Positions 55,724 to 64,000 of a stretch of DNA of 64,000 bases are shown one piece after another. The DNA comes from Thermoplasmatota archaeon (GTDB lineage: Archaea > Thermoplasmatota > E2 > JACPAO01 > JAHFTW01): positions 101,875-165,874 of the forward strand of contig JBBSVM010000006.1 in assembly GCA_038046785.1 (NCBI GenBank). Direction: 5' to 3'. The position numbers and the translations under genes were made by a program. The notes under the pieces were generated by a model. The model was not told where the DNA came from and ran no database searches. It worked only from the letters and a program-made list of their open reading frames with translations. The number at the start of each line of letters is the position of its first letter. The stretch's first letter is position 1.

Positions 55724-56662
55724 TTAGAGCGAAATCTGGCCTTCTTTGCTGCGGCGACTCAGGTCGCGCAGGACCCAGGCGGCAAACGGCAGGGCGGGGA
55801 TGCCGCCGGCGCCGAACAGCAGGAAGAGACCCGCCGCCTTGCCCGGGTAGGGCTTGAAGCCGACCGAGTCGCTCGGGACGTAGGCGCGGCGCAGGATGGA
55901 GCCGCCCGCGAACGCGAACGGCGCGAGAACCAGGCCGCTCAGGTTGGGGGTGACGAACCAGCGCATCTGGGTCTGCTTCTGCGCCTCGAACTCTTCGCGG
56001 TGGTGGTAGGCGGCGTCGATGCCATCCGCCATTTTCACTTCGACCTGGTGCGAATCTTTGGAGACATGCGTCACGCCGGCTGCAACGGCGGCGTCCAGGA
56101 GGACGCGAGCCTCCGCGATGCGATGGGCGTTGAGGAGTGGGAGGACTTGGGCCCAGAGCTGGTGGTTCGGGGTGAGCTTGGTGACCGTGGCGCGTGCTTT
56201 CGCGAGGTCGTCACGCGTGGTGTTGACGACTTTCCACAGGTCGTCGCGCGCCTTGCGGTTCTCCGCGTTGGGCTCGGACGCGAGCTTGGCGTTGGCGGCA
56301 TCGAGGCCGGCCTGCTGTGTTGCGAGGGCGGCCGGCTTCGTCTCGGTCGCCTTCACGGCGTCGAGGTAGTCGCCTTCGCCGACGGTGAGGTTGAGGCTGG
56401 AGACGAAGGTCTTGTGGATGCCGGCGTCGGCGGTCGCCTCGAAACTGGAGATGGCGAACCAGCCGCCCGCACCAAGCAGCACGGCGGCGCCCAGGGCCAT
56501 CAGCCGCTTTGTGCGGGCGCGCGGGTCGACCTCCTTGTGCCGCTCGGCGAGGGTCCCGAGGACGCGCCAGGCGACGGCCAAGAGGACGAGGGTGCCGACG
56601 ACGACGAACCAGGCCCACGCCTGCTCGATGACGGACCCGGTGGCCTCCAGGAAGGAACTCAT
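55724..56662 (-). CDS. Membrane protein with extracellular coiled coil
   Basis: TMs at both ends, helical centre. Confidence 0.8.
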   Translation of the reverse strand: MSSFLEATGSVIEQAWAWFVVVGTLVLLAVAWRVLGTLAERHKEVDPRARTKRLMALGAAVLLGAGGWFAISSFEATADAGIHKTFVSSLNLTVGEGDYLDAVKATETKPAALATQQAGLDAANAKLASEPNAENRKARDDLWKVVNTTRDDLAKARATVTKLTPNHQLWAQVLPLLNAHRIAEARVLLDAAVAAGVTHVSKDSHQVEVKMADGIDAAYHHREEFEAQKQTQMRWFVTPNLSGLVLAPFAFAGGSILRRAYVPSDSVGFKPYPGKAAGLFLLFGAGGIPALPFAAWVLRDLSRRSKEGQISL

Positions 56663-56736
56663 TGGCGCGCCCATAGGGAGGACCCTTAAAGCCTGTGGGA
56701 GGGCAGTTTCAAGCGGCCGGTCCCGCTCGATGCGCT

Positions 56737-58161
56737 GTGCCGCGCACCACCTACGTCGAAGGGGTGCGCGAGGCGGCCAGTTGGGTCGCCGATTTCCTGT
56801 CCCCCGCGTACGGCCCGGGCGGCGGGTTCAAGCTGGCGGCGGAGGAGGGCGCCCTCTTTTCGTCAGGAGCCTCGGCGCTGCGGGAAAGCGGCCTGCGCAG
56901 CCCCGAGCTTTCGCCCTACGTCGGACTTGCGACGGCGGTGCAAGGACAGGTGGGCGACCACGCCACCGGCGCCACGCTGCTTGCGGCGCGGCTGGTTCTC
57001 GCGGGCCTCCGTTTGGAGGAGAACGGCGTCGGCCGCGCTTCGACCATGGACGGGTTGCGATTGGCGCGCCGGCAAGCGTTGGCGCTGCTTGGAAGTCTGG
57101 AGCGACCCGATTCAATCGGCGTCGCCCTCGCGACGGTCGGACGGACATCCGCATGGGCTTCCATTGCGTGGAACAATCTCCCCGTCCTCGCGGCTGACGG
57201 CGTGGTGCGGCTCGATGATGTGGACATCATCGCATCACCTGCCGCTTCGACGGCTTCCTGGCTCCCGGGTCTCGTCGTCGCACTTGAATCGCCTCGCCGA
57301 GCCGGAACCGTGCGCGTTGCCATCCTCGACCAACCCCTCCGAACCAAACCCCGTTCGGATCTGATGCTGCACGTTCGCGACCCCACAGTGCTCACCCCAT
57401 TCCATGAGGCTGAAGAGCGTCGGCTGCGCCAGCAAGCGAAACGGTTGGAAGACCTCGGCGTCGGTCTCGTCGCGGCGCCCGGAATCATTCCCGAACCCAT
57501 TCAGTCGCATCTCGCCGCCCTTGGCATTCAGACCGTCGCCAACGTTCCGCTTTCCGCTCTCCGCCGCATCGCGCGCTGCACCGGCGCCGAGGCGGCGCCC
57601 ACGCTCGATGCAATCGTCTCCGGTCAGCTTGGCGAAGCAACCATCCGGCGCGACGGCAAGCGCTGGCTTCTCTTCGGCCGAGGACCAACGGCGACCTTCG
57701 AAATCCCTGCTGCCACGGCGGCCCACGTAGCCGACGCGAACGACCAGGCGGAGCGTCTTGTGCGCGCCGCGGGCCGGCACAGCACGAATCCCCGCTCCCT
57801 TCCCGGCGGCGGGCGTTGGCAGCGCGAGGTGGCCTCGGCTTTGCGGCGTTCGGCCGATGCGGCTCCGGGCAGGTCGCCTCTCGTTCTGCGCGCCGTGGCG
57901 GACGCCTTCGCCAGCCTTGTCGATGACCTGGTGCGCAACCTCGGCCGCGACCCCTGGCGCGAATCGTTGCACCCCAATGCCGAGGCAACGTTCGACGTCG
58001 CCGCCGCCGTGCGGGTCGCGGTCGAGGGCGCGTTCGAGGCGGCAACGCAAATCCTGCGCGTCGATGCGCGCCACGCCCGGCGCTCCAGCTCGACAGTTGG
58101 TTTACGCGGCGCGGGCCAACCAACCAAGATTCGCAGCGGCGATGTTCCGCCGCTGATGTGA
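56737..58161 (+). CDS. Divergent TCP-1/cpn60 (thermosome-like) chaperonin homolog
   Basis: YGPGG..KL, QVGDHATG, RIARCTGA, PGGG..., AATQILRVD. Confidence 0.8.
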   Translation: MPRTTYVEGVREAASWVADFLSPAYGPGGGFKLAAEEGALFSSGASALRESGLRSPELSPYVGLATAVQGQVGDHATGATLLAARLVLAGLRLEENGVGRASTMDGLRLARRQALALLGSLERPDSIGVALATVGRTSAWASIAWNNLPVLAADGVVRLDDVDIIASPAASTASWLPGLVVALESPRRAGTVRVAILDQPLRTKPRSDLMLHVRDPTVLTPFHEAEERRLRQQAKRLEDLGVGLVAAPGIIPEPIQSHLAALGIQTVANVPLSALRRIARCTGAEAAPTLDAIVSGQLGEATIRRDGKRWLLFGRGPTATFEIPAATAAHVADANDQAERLVRAAGRHSTNPRSLPGGGRWQREVASALRRSADAAPGRSPLVLRAVADAFASLVDDLVRNLGRDPWRESLHPNAEATFDVAAAVRVAVEGAFEAATQILRVDARHARRSSSTVGLRGAGQPTKIRSGDVPPLM

Positions 58162-58163
58162 GG

Positions 58164-58667
58164 TCAGACGCGTTTTCGAACGTTGACAATCTTCTCGACG
58201 GACGCGCAGACGGTTCCATCCTCTGCGACGAGGTCGACGCTGTAGGTGCGGTCCACCTTGGGCTCCGTTTCCAGCAGCCGTTTCACCTCTGCCACCTCCG
58301 AATCGGGCATGCGGCAGACGGCGGTGAGCGTGGAGCGTCCGGGGCGGCGGAACCGGATGGTCGCCCCCTTGTCCCACACCAAGTAGTCGGGGCCGAGGCG
58401 GTGCATCAGCATGAACATGAAGTGCGGGTCCACGGAGGCATAGAGGGAGCCGCCGAAGATGGAGCCGACGTAGTTCTTCGTCCGGCGCGACAGCGGCAAC
58501 CGGACCCGCATCTCCGACCAGTCCGCCGCGATGTGCGTGACCTTGGCGCCGGTGCCGCGGAAGCAGGGGTAAATGTTGAGGATGCGGCGGAACTTGTTGG
58601 GGTTCTTGGTCGCCCAGATGTGGAGGCGGGAGGCGCCCATGCCGGTCTGCTTGGATTCGGGGCTCAT
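58164..58667 (-). CDS. Hot-dog fold DUF4442/thioesterase protein
   Basis: NYVGSIFGGSL...VWDK..IRFRRPGR. Confidence 0.88.
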   Translation of the reverse strand: MSPESKQTGMGASRLHIWATKNPNKFRRILNIYPCFRGTGAKVTHIAADWSEMRVRLPLSRRTKNYVGSIFGGSLYASVDPHFMFMLMHRLGPDYLVWDKGATIRFRRPGRSTLTAVCRMPDSEVAEVKRLLETEPKVDRTYSVDLVAEDGTVCASVEKIVNVRKRV

Positions 58668-59215
58668 GTTCGCCACTTAATGTTGCAGCCCATCGAAGGT
58701 TTCTGAGCGGCAAGAGTGGGTTTGCCAACCAGCAGCGCGTCAATCGCCGCGGTCAAGTCGGCGCCGGTCACGTGCTTGCCGTTGCCGGGCCGCGAATCGT
58801 CCATTTGACCACGGTACACCAACTTGTGTGCGGCGTCGTAGAGGAAAAAGTCCGGCGTGCACTGCGCATTGTAGGCGCGCGCCACGGTCTGCGTCGCGTC
58901 GAAGAGGTAAGGGAACTCGTAGCCGCGCTTTTTCACCTCGGTCTTCATCGCCGCGGGAGAGTCATCGGGGTAGGCCTCCGCGTCGTTGGCGTTGATGCCG
59001 ACCACTGCGATGCCTTTCTCGCTCCATTTCTGCGTCAGCATCGCAAGGTCGTTCGCGATGTGTTTGACGTAGGGGCAGTGGTTGCAGAGAAAAATCACCA
59101 AGAGCGGCTTGCCCGCGAAGTCGGCGCGGCGCACGGTGCGTCCTTCCGTGTCGGGCAGCGCGAAGTCGGGCGCCGCCGTCTGCAGCGCGACCATGGAGGA
59201 TGGAACAAGGACCAC
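58664..59215 (-). CDS. Thioredoxin-family (AhpC/TSA) protein
   Basis: CNHCPYV, YPDDS, CTPDFF, GCNIKW. Confidence 0.93.
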   Translation of the reverse strand: MVLVPSSMVALQTAAPDFALPDTEGRTVRRADFAGKPLLVIFLCNHCPYVKHIANDLAMLTQKWSEKGIAVVGINANDAEAYPDDSPAAMKTEVKKRGYEFPYLFDATQTVARAYNAQCTPDFFLYDAAHKLVYRGQMDDSRPGNGKHVTGADLTAAIDALLVGKPTLAAQKPSMGCNIKWRT

Positions 59216-59333
59216 GCCGTGCCGATGTCGCAGACCACTCTTGAAGTCTGGCGGTCCTGGAAGTGCGGTCAGACGAGGCTCATTTGAAGGGTTCCTCCAC
59301 TCGCCTTATCCCCCTGCAGTGGTTGTGGCCTGC

Positions 59334-60203
59334 ATGCGTGGCGCGTGGTTGCTGGTCACCGCAGTCGTTTTCTCAGGTTGCACTGTTGCAAGTGACGGCC
59401 CGGGGCGGGACGGCCAGGACGAGCCTAGCGCGATGGAAAACCCTGGAGACACTCCCGTGGCGGAGTGGGCCGATTTGGCCATTGGACTGACCTACAAGGG
59501 CACCGGACCCACGGCACTCGTCGCAGAGATTCGCTTGGGGATGCCCACCGACTGCGACCTGAAGGTGGCGGGCGAGTTCAATGCCACAGGCACCGGGGTT
59601 CGGTTCATGACGCGGTATCACGGAGCGGACGGGACCGCAGGCGCGACCGGAAATTATCACCGCCAGACGGAAGCAATCCAGGCGGGCCCGATTGACACAC
59701 GGTCAAATGGGGTCGACAAGCCCGGCGCGAGCCAGGGCAGTTTCGGCATCAACAGCGGCGGCAGTCTGTTCGTCGGAATCCCCAATGCGCAACCCGTGGC
59801 GGACATCGACTGGGTCCCTGAGGGAACCGTGCTGGTGACCTCGACTTGCCCGGGAGCGACGGGGCGATGGACGGTCGTTGGCGTGGATCCCATCTTCTTC
59901 ACTCCGGAAACGCCCGATGGCACCTTGCTGGTGTCGGTCGCTCCAACTCTAGTTGGCGTGGTCGTTGCGGCAGAGCGCGGTTTCAATCACGCGCTGAACA
60001 CGCCAAGCGCCATGCTCGTGGCCAACATCAGCGGCGCTGCGGCCGGCGTCCTTGAGCTCACGTCCCCGGGAGGCACGGAGAGCTGGAACCTTGCCACCGA
60101 AAGCGGGATTTGGCACGAAGGCCAGGGCGGCCAACAGAACGTGGGTCTGAGCCAAGCAGGGTCGGGGTTCTTGATTGGCGCGCTTTTCGGCGTGCCTGGT
60201 TAA
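59334..60203 (+). CDS. Putative lipoprotein
   Basis: MRGAWLLVTAVVFSGC. Confidence 0.75.
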   Translation: MRGAWLLVTAVVFSGCTVASDGPGRDGQDEPSAMENPGDTPVAEWADLAIGLTYKGTGPTALVAEIRLGMPTDCDLKVAGEFNATGTGVRFMTRYHGADGTAGATGNYHRQTEAIQAGPIDTRSNGVDKPGASQGSFGINSGGSLFVGIPNAQPVADIDWVPEGTVLVTSTCPGATGRWTVVGVDPIFFTPETPDGTLLVSVAPTLVGVVVAAERGFNHALNTPSAMLVANISGAAAGVLELTSPGGTESWNLATESGIWHEGQGGQQNVGLSQAGSGFLIGALFGVPG

Positions 60204-60273
60204 TGGCTCGCGCTCACGAAGATGTGGGAGCCGACAAAAGGGAGAGGAAGGGGAAAAGGGAAGCGGGCTTTGC

Positions 60274-60459
60274 CTACTTGCCGCCGCGGTGCTCGCGGAA
60301 CGCATCGGTCCACTTGACGTGGCGGTTGATGCGGCCGAGTTTGAGCATGTTGCGCAGCGACTTGGAGGACTTGAAGTGCAGGACCTCGCCGTTCTTGCGG
60401 ACGTAGAGGATGCCCGTGCCGGGCTCGATCTCCTCGCCGCTGAAGGTGTCCTTCGTCAT
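60274..60459 (-). CDS. rpl24e: 50S ribosomal protein L24e (Cys-free)
   Basis: IEPGTG..YVRKNG..F.SSK...KWT; synteny with rps28e and rpl7ae. Confidence 0.95.
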   Translation of the reverse strand: MTKDTFSGEEIEPGTGILYVRKNGEVLHFKSSKSLRNMLKLGRINRHVKWTDAFREHRGGK

Positions 60460-60824
60460 TCCTTCTTCGCCCCCTTCTTCTGGCCGGGGCCGCCCATGGT
60501 GCGGGCCTCGCGCTCCGTCTCGCGCAGCATGAGGACGTCGCCCATCTGGACGGGGCCCATGGCGTTGCGGGCGATGATGCGGCCCTTGTCGCGGCCCGCG
60601 AGAACGCGGACCTTGACGAGGGTGACTTCGCCGGTCATGCCGCCGCGCGAAACCACTTCAACGACCTCGCTCGGGAACGCGTCCTGATCAGCAGGGTCCA
60701 CGTTCTTCGGGGCGGCGGGCGCCGGGGTGGTGGCGGGGGCGTCGGATTTGCCCTTGACCTCCTTGGTCTTCTCGGCCTTGGCATCGGGCTTAGCGCCCTT
60801 GCCCTTGGCCTTTTCATCAGCCAT
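60456..60824 (-). CDS. rps28e: 30S ribosomal protein S28e with N-terminal extension
   Basis: [42 protein letters not shown]. Confidence 0.95.
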   Translation of the reverse strand: MADEKAKGKGAKPDAKAEKTKEVKGKSDAPATTPAPAAPKNVDPADQDAFPSEVVEVVSRGGMTGEVTLVKVRVLAGRDKGRIIARNAMGPVQMGDVLMLRETEREARTMGGPGQKKGAKKE

Positions 60825-60836
60825 GTGTGCGCCTCC

Positions 60837-61205
60837 TTAAGCGGCCTTGAGGGCCGTGGTCTTCTTGGCGATGTCCTCGACCGCTTCGGCGGCGGTGCCC
60901 ACATCGACGATGGCGATGGCGGCGGTGCCGACGGCGAGGCCGGCGGCGGTGCCGAGCTCGGCCTTCGAGGGGACGTAGGCGTACGGGATTCCCTTCTCTT
61001 CGCAGAGGAGGGGGATGTGGGCGAGGATCTCAGGCGGGCTGACGTCCTCGGCCATGATGACGAGCTTGGCAACGCCGCGCTCGACCTGCTTGGTGACCTC
61101 GTTGGCGCCCTTGGCGACCTTGCCGGTGCTGCGGGACTTCTCGACGGTCTCGTAAATCTGCGCGCCGAGCTCCTTGGGAGTCTCGAATCGAACGTATTGG
61201 GCCAT
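60837..61205 (-). CDS. rpl7ae: 50S ribosomal protein L7Ae
   Basis: [33 protein letters not shown]. Confidence 0.97.
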   Translation of the reverse strand: MAQYVRFETPKELGAQIYETVEKSRSTGKVAKGANEVTKQVERGVAKLVIMAEDVSPPEILAHIPLLCEEKGIPYAYVPSKAELGTAAGLAVGTAAIAIVDVGTAAEAVEDIAKKTTALKAA

Positions 61206-61439
61206 GTGTGTGTCTCCATTACCCGCCCGAAGGCAGGGTCATCTTTCAACGACTCGGGGGCCGGTCCGGAGCGAAGCGTCCGGCACAGGGCCAGTCGCCT
61301 CGGCCACGATTGGCCTCCTTGGCGTCGAAGCGGGCTCAGGAGTGGCCCTATATGAGCGTGACTGGAAGCTGCGGCCCCAGGTCCCGCCGTGGCAGTCGTA
61401 TCTGCCGCGCTTTATCAAGAACCGTGGGCATCGTGCAAC

Positions 61440-62774
61440 GTGGCCTCGGCCTCCATCATCCTCCTCGCCTGCGCGGCAGTCATCCTCGCCGGCTTCCTGT
61501 CGGGCCGTCTCTTCGAGCGCCGCCGCTTCCCCGACGTCCCCATTTTGCTCGCCCTTGGCCTTTTGCTCGGGCCGGTGAACCGCTGGGCGGTCGAGCGCGG
61601 CTTGGGGTGGGACGATCTTGCCGTCGGCTTGAGCGTGGAGAACCTGCACAACGTCGCGCCGCTCGCCACCGGCCTCGCCCTCGTGGTGCTGCTCTTCGAT
61701 TCCGCCATCAGCATGGAGTTCCGCGCGTTCGGACGCGCTTTGGGACCCGCGGCGCTCCACACCACGCCCATCACCATCTTGACCATCGTCTTGGTGGGCG
61801 GCGTTGCGACGCTTTTGGGAATGCCCATTCTTCTTGCTGCGATGCTGGGGGTCGCCATGATCAACGTCGACCAAGCGGTTTCGGCCGGAACCCTTGCGCG
61901 CATGCGTCTGCCCGACAACATTCGCGCCACCTACCTGCTCGAGATGGCGTTCTACGACCTTCTGGCCATTCCCATCCTGGTCGCCCTCGTCGCGGCGGCG
62001 GGCGGAGGCGGCTCGCTGGGCGGCATCAACCCGTTCGTCTCGCTGCTCTCCACGTCGCTGGCGCTGGGCATCGGCGCCGGGCTGCTCTGGGTATTCGCTC
62101 TGCGCCGACTGCACGAGCACCCGCACTCCTACATGCTCACGTTCGCCGCCATCCTCGCCACCTACGGCGTCGCGGAACTGGTGGGCGGCTCGGGCGCGCT
62201 TGCCATCCTTCTGTTTGGCCTCCTGGTCGGAAACCGCGCCTGGGTCCTGCGCCGCTTCGGCAAGCGGCTCATGGATGATGAGCATGTCAAGGTGCACGCC
62301 TTCCACGCCGAGATTACGTTCTTCGTGCGCACCTTCTACTTCCTCTTCCTGGGCGCAAGCGTCGTGCCGCCAAGCCAGGCCGCCTGGCCGGTTGCGGTGC
62401 CGCTGCTGGGAAGCGGTACGCTGGTCCTCGCTGTTGCAGCCGTCGGAATCTTGGCCGCCATCATGCTGGCGCGGCTGGTGCCGGTGCGCATCGCGGCCAT
62501 CCGCGACCCCGCCAAAGCGGAACTCGCCTCCGTCTTCGGACGCGGCCTCGATACGGCGGTCCTCTGCACGTTGCCGTTCATCGCCCCCGGCTTCGTCGCG
62601 GGGACTACCTACCACGACATGGTGGCGCCGTGGGAGCCGGTCTTCGTCAACCTCGCGTTCTTCACCATCGTTTTGACGGTGTTCACGTCGAGCCTCTACG
62701 TCTTCCTCACCGAGCGGCGGCGCGAGCCAGTTTCGGCTCCGCCCGCTCGGCCAAAATCCCCAACCGCTCGGTGA
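61440..62774 (+). CDS. Cation:proton antiporter (CPA1/NhaP-like)
   Basis: PDVPILL.LGLLLGP, FFVRTFYF; TTTATCAA box about 25 nt upstream of GTG. Confidence 0.88.
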   Translation: MASASIILLACAAVILAGFLSGRLFERRRFPDVPILLALGLLLGPVNRWAVERGLGWDDLAVGLSVENLHNVAPLATGLALVVLLFDSAISMEFRAFGRALGPAALHTTPITILTIVLVGGVATLLGMPILLAAMLGVAMINVDQAVSAGTLARMRLPDNIRATYLLEMAFYDLLAIPILVALVAAAGGGGSLGGINPFVSLLSTSLALGIGAGLLWVFALRRLHEHPHSYMLTFAAILATYGVAELVGGSGALAILLFGLLVGNRAWVLRRFGKRLMDDEHVKVHAFHAEITFFVRTFYFLFLGASVVPPSQAAWPVAVPLLGSGTLVLAVAAVGILAAIMLARLVPVRIAAIRDPAKAELASVFGRGLDTAVLCTLPFIAPGFVAGTTYHDMVAPWEPVFVNLAFFTIVLTVFTSSLYVFLTERRREPVSAPPARPKSPTAR

Positions 62775-63063
62775 GCGCTTTCAGCGTTCCCGACGACGAC
62801 AGGGTGCGAAGCGTCGTGTTGGACAGGAGGTCGGCGAGGGTCGGGATGAGCGTGCGCAGTGCGGTTAGCTGGTCGTGCTCGCAGCGGGCGATGCCGTGCG
62901 GCCAGGAATAGCGCGTGAGTTGCGGTGGCGGGCCGGTCCATCCGGCGTCGGGCCGCTTGGCGGCCTGGGTGAGGGCTTGTCCGACGTCGCGGCGCGAGAG
63001 CGGCATCGGTCCTGCCAGGGCGAAGGCGACGTAGCGCGGCCGCGGCATCGACAGGTTGCTCAC
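62707..63063 (-). CDS. rnp2: RNase P protein Pop5/Rpp14
   Basis: RPRYVAF...GIARC.H...SSGTLKAL. Confidence 0.8.
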   Translation of the reverse strand: MSNLSMPRPRYVAFALAGPMPLSRRDVGQALTQAAKRPDAGWTGPPPQLTRYSWPHGIARCEHDQLTALRTLIPTLADLLSNTTLRTLSSSGTLKALTERLGILAERAEPKLARAAAR

Positions 63064-63869
63064 AGCACTCCCTCGTAGGCGGCGGTGCGGCTCAGTCGGT
63101 TCAGGATGCGAATGCGGCGCCGGCTTTGCCGGTAACTGTGCAGGCTCGTTCCGAGCGGGGCGATGAGGCTGATGGGGAGGGCCACGCGGATGTCAAGGCC
63201 AGCGCGCAGGAGGATGAAAAGAACCGGCGCCGCGCAGGCGAAGAGGGCGACGATGGCCCAGAAGGGCAAGAACGGCTTGCGGGCGTCGGTTTCCAGCGCA
63301 GCTTTCTCGGCCTCGGTGAACGGTTCGGCGCTCGGCACCGCGACCTGGCCGCGCTTGGCGAGAAGGTCGCGCACGACCTGGATGGATTCGCGGTAGCCGC
63401 GGCTGCGCGGTGTTGCGGAGGCGAACCGCGTCGGCGTGAACTTGATGGTTTCCAGGGTTCCATCCGCGAGCTCCAGGCCGAGTCCGTACAAGGTCACTTT
63501 TCCGTCGCTGGAGGCGAACGGCGAGACGAAGGCGCCCGTGACGTCGTAGCTCACCGGGTAGGCCGCCGCGACCGCTTCCCAGGGGATGAACGGTCGGCGC
63601 CAGGCAAGAAGTGCGATGCGGCCGGGCTCGACGCCGTCTTCCCGGATGCGGATTGTCCCCGGGCGAAGCACGACCATGAGGAGGGCCACAGCGGCAAGCG
63701 GCGCAGCGTAGATCCAGTAGAGCGACGCCACGTTGTCGCGCAGGACATTCTCCAGGCTCCCGGTGAGGAAGACGAAGCCGAAGACAAGGAGACCAGCGTA
63801 GAGGATGGGGTGAGCGCGCGGCGGCTTGTACTCGAACAGCACCGCACCGCGCGCGTCGGGGGCCGTCAT
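63060..63869 (-). CDS. Membrane protein of unknown function
   Basis: Two TMs at each end; overlaps both neighbours. Confidence 0.8.
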   Translation of the reverse strand: MTAPDARGAVLFEYKPPRAHPILYAGLLVFGFVFLTGSLENVLRDNVASLYWIYAAPLAAVALLMVVLRPGTIRIREDGVEPGRIALLAWRRPFIPWEAVAAAYPVSYDVTGAFVSPFASSDGKVTLYGLGLELADGTLETIKFTPTRFASATPRSRGYRESIQVVRDLLAKRGQVAVPSAEPFTEAEKAALETDARKPFLPFWAIVALFACAAPVLFILLRAGLDIRVALPISLIAPLGTSLHSYRQSRRRIRILNRLSRTAAYEGVL

Positions 63870-64000
63870 CGCGTCCCGAGGCGAACAATCGCTTCCGCCA
63901 GGTCGCCGTTGGTGGCCTCGAGGGCGGCACGCGCTTCGGCATTGCTGCGGCCGGTCTGCTCCATGACGAGCCGAACATCGTCAGCGGAGATGGGCGTCGG
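63866..64000 (-). CDS. nac: Nascent polypeptide-associated complex protein, C-terminal UBA part (partial)
   Basis: [14 protein letters not shown]...[16 protein letters not shown]. Confidence 0.88.
   Translation of the reverse strand, partial: PTPISADDVRLVMEQTGRSNAEARAALEATNGDLAEAIVRLGTR

Overview
High-GC archaeal DNA. The core genes at the right end (rpl7ae-rps28e-rpl24e, Hel308, Cgi121, Pop5/Rpp14, NAC) and the many PGF-CTERM-like anchored proteins point to Thermoplasmatota; that placement is inference. There are four blocks. (1) 1-13.3 kb: a left-truncated, tightly coupled minus-strand operon of orphan genes. It encodes anchored surface proteins, small membrane proteins, two very basic proteins and three micro-ORFs sharing an HLYxIL motif. 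It is divergent from a Zn-ribbon/wHTH/DUF6908 unit across a heavily folded 220-nt element. It looks like an undescribed provirus or integrative element, but no integrase, Rep or packaging ATPase is in view. (2) 13.3-48.5 kb: a copper/zinc island built from paralog pairs (two type-C two-domain multicopper oxidases, four cupredoxins, CDF, ZIP, CopZ, CopR-like, CopCD, two NikR-like regulators). It contains an intact but catalytically dead CopA paralog with no A-domain, no phospho-Asp and an 18-Met loop, a circularly permuted cupredoxin, and four exact copies of a TATGAA-N15-TTAGCA operator just upstream of promoters. (3) 48.5-51 kb: a two-gene orphan cassette next to a hairpin-rich non-coding stretch. 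(4) 51-64 kb: housekeeping genes, including a degenerate chaperonin and a Cys-free L24e. No tRNA, rRNA or CRISPR array was seen. All calls come from motif reading without database searches.
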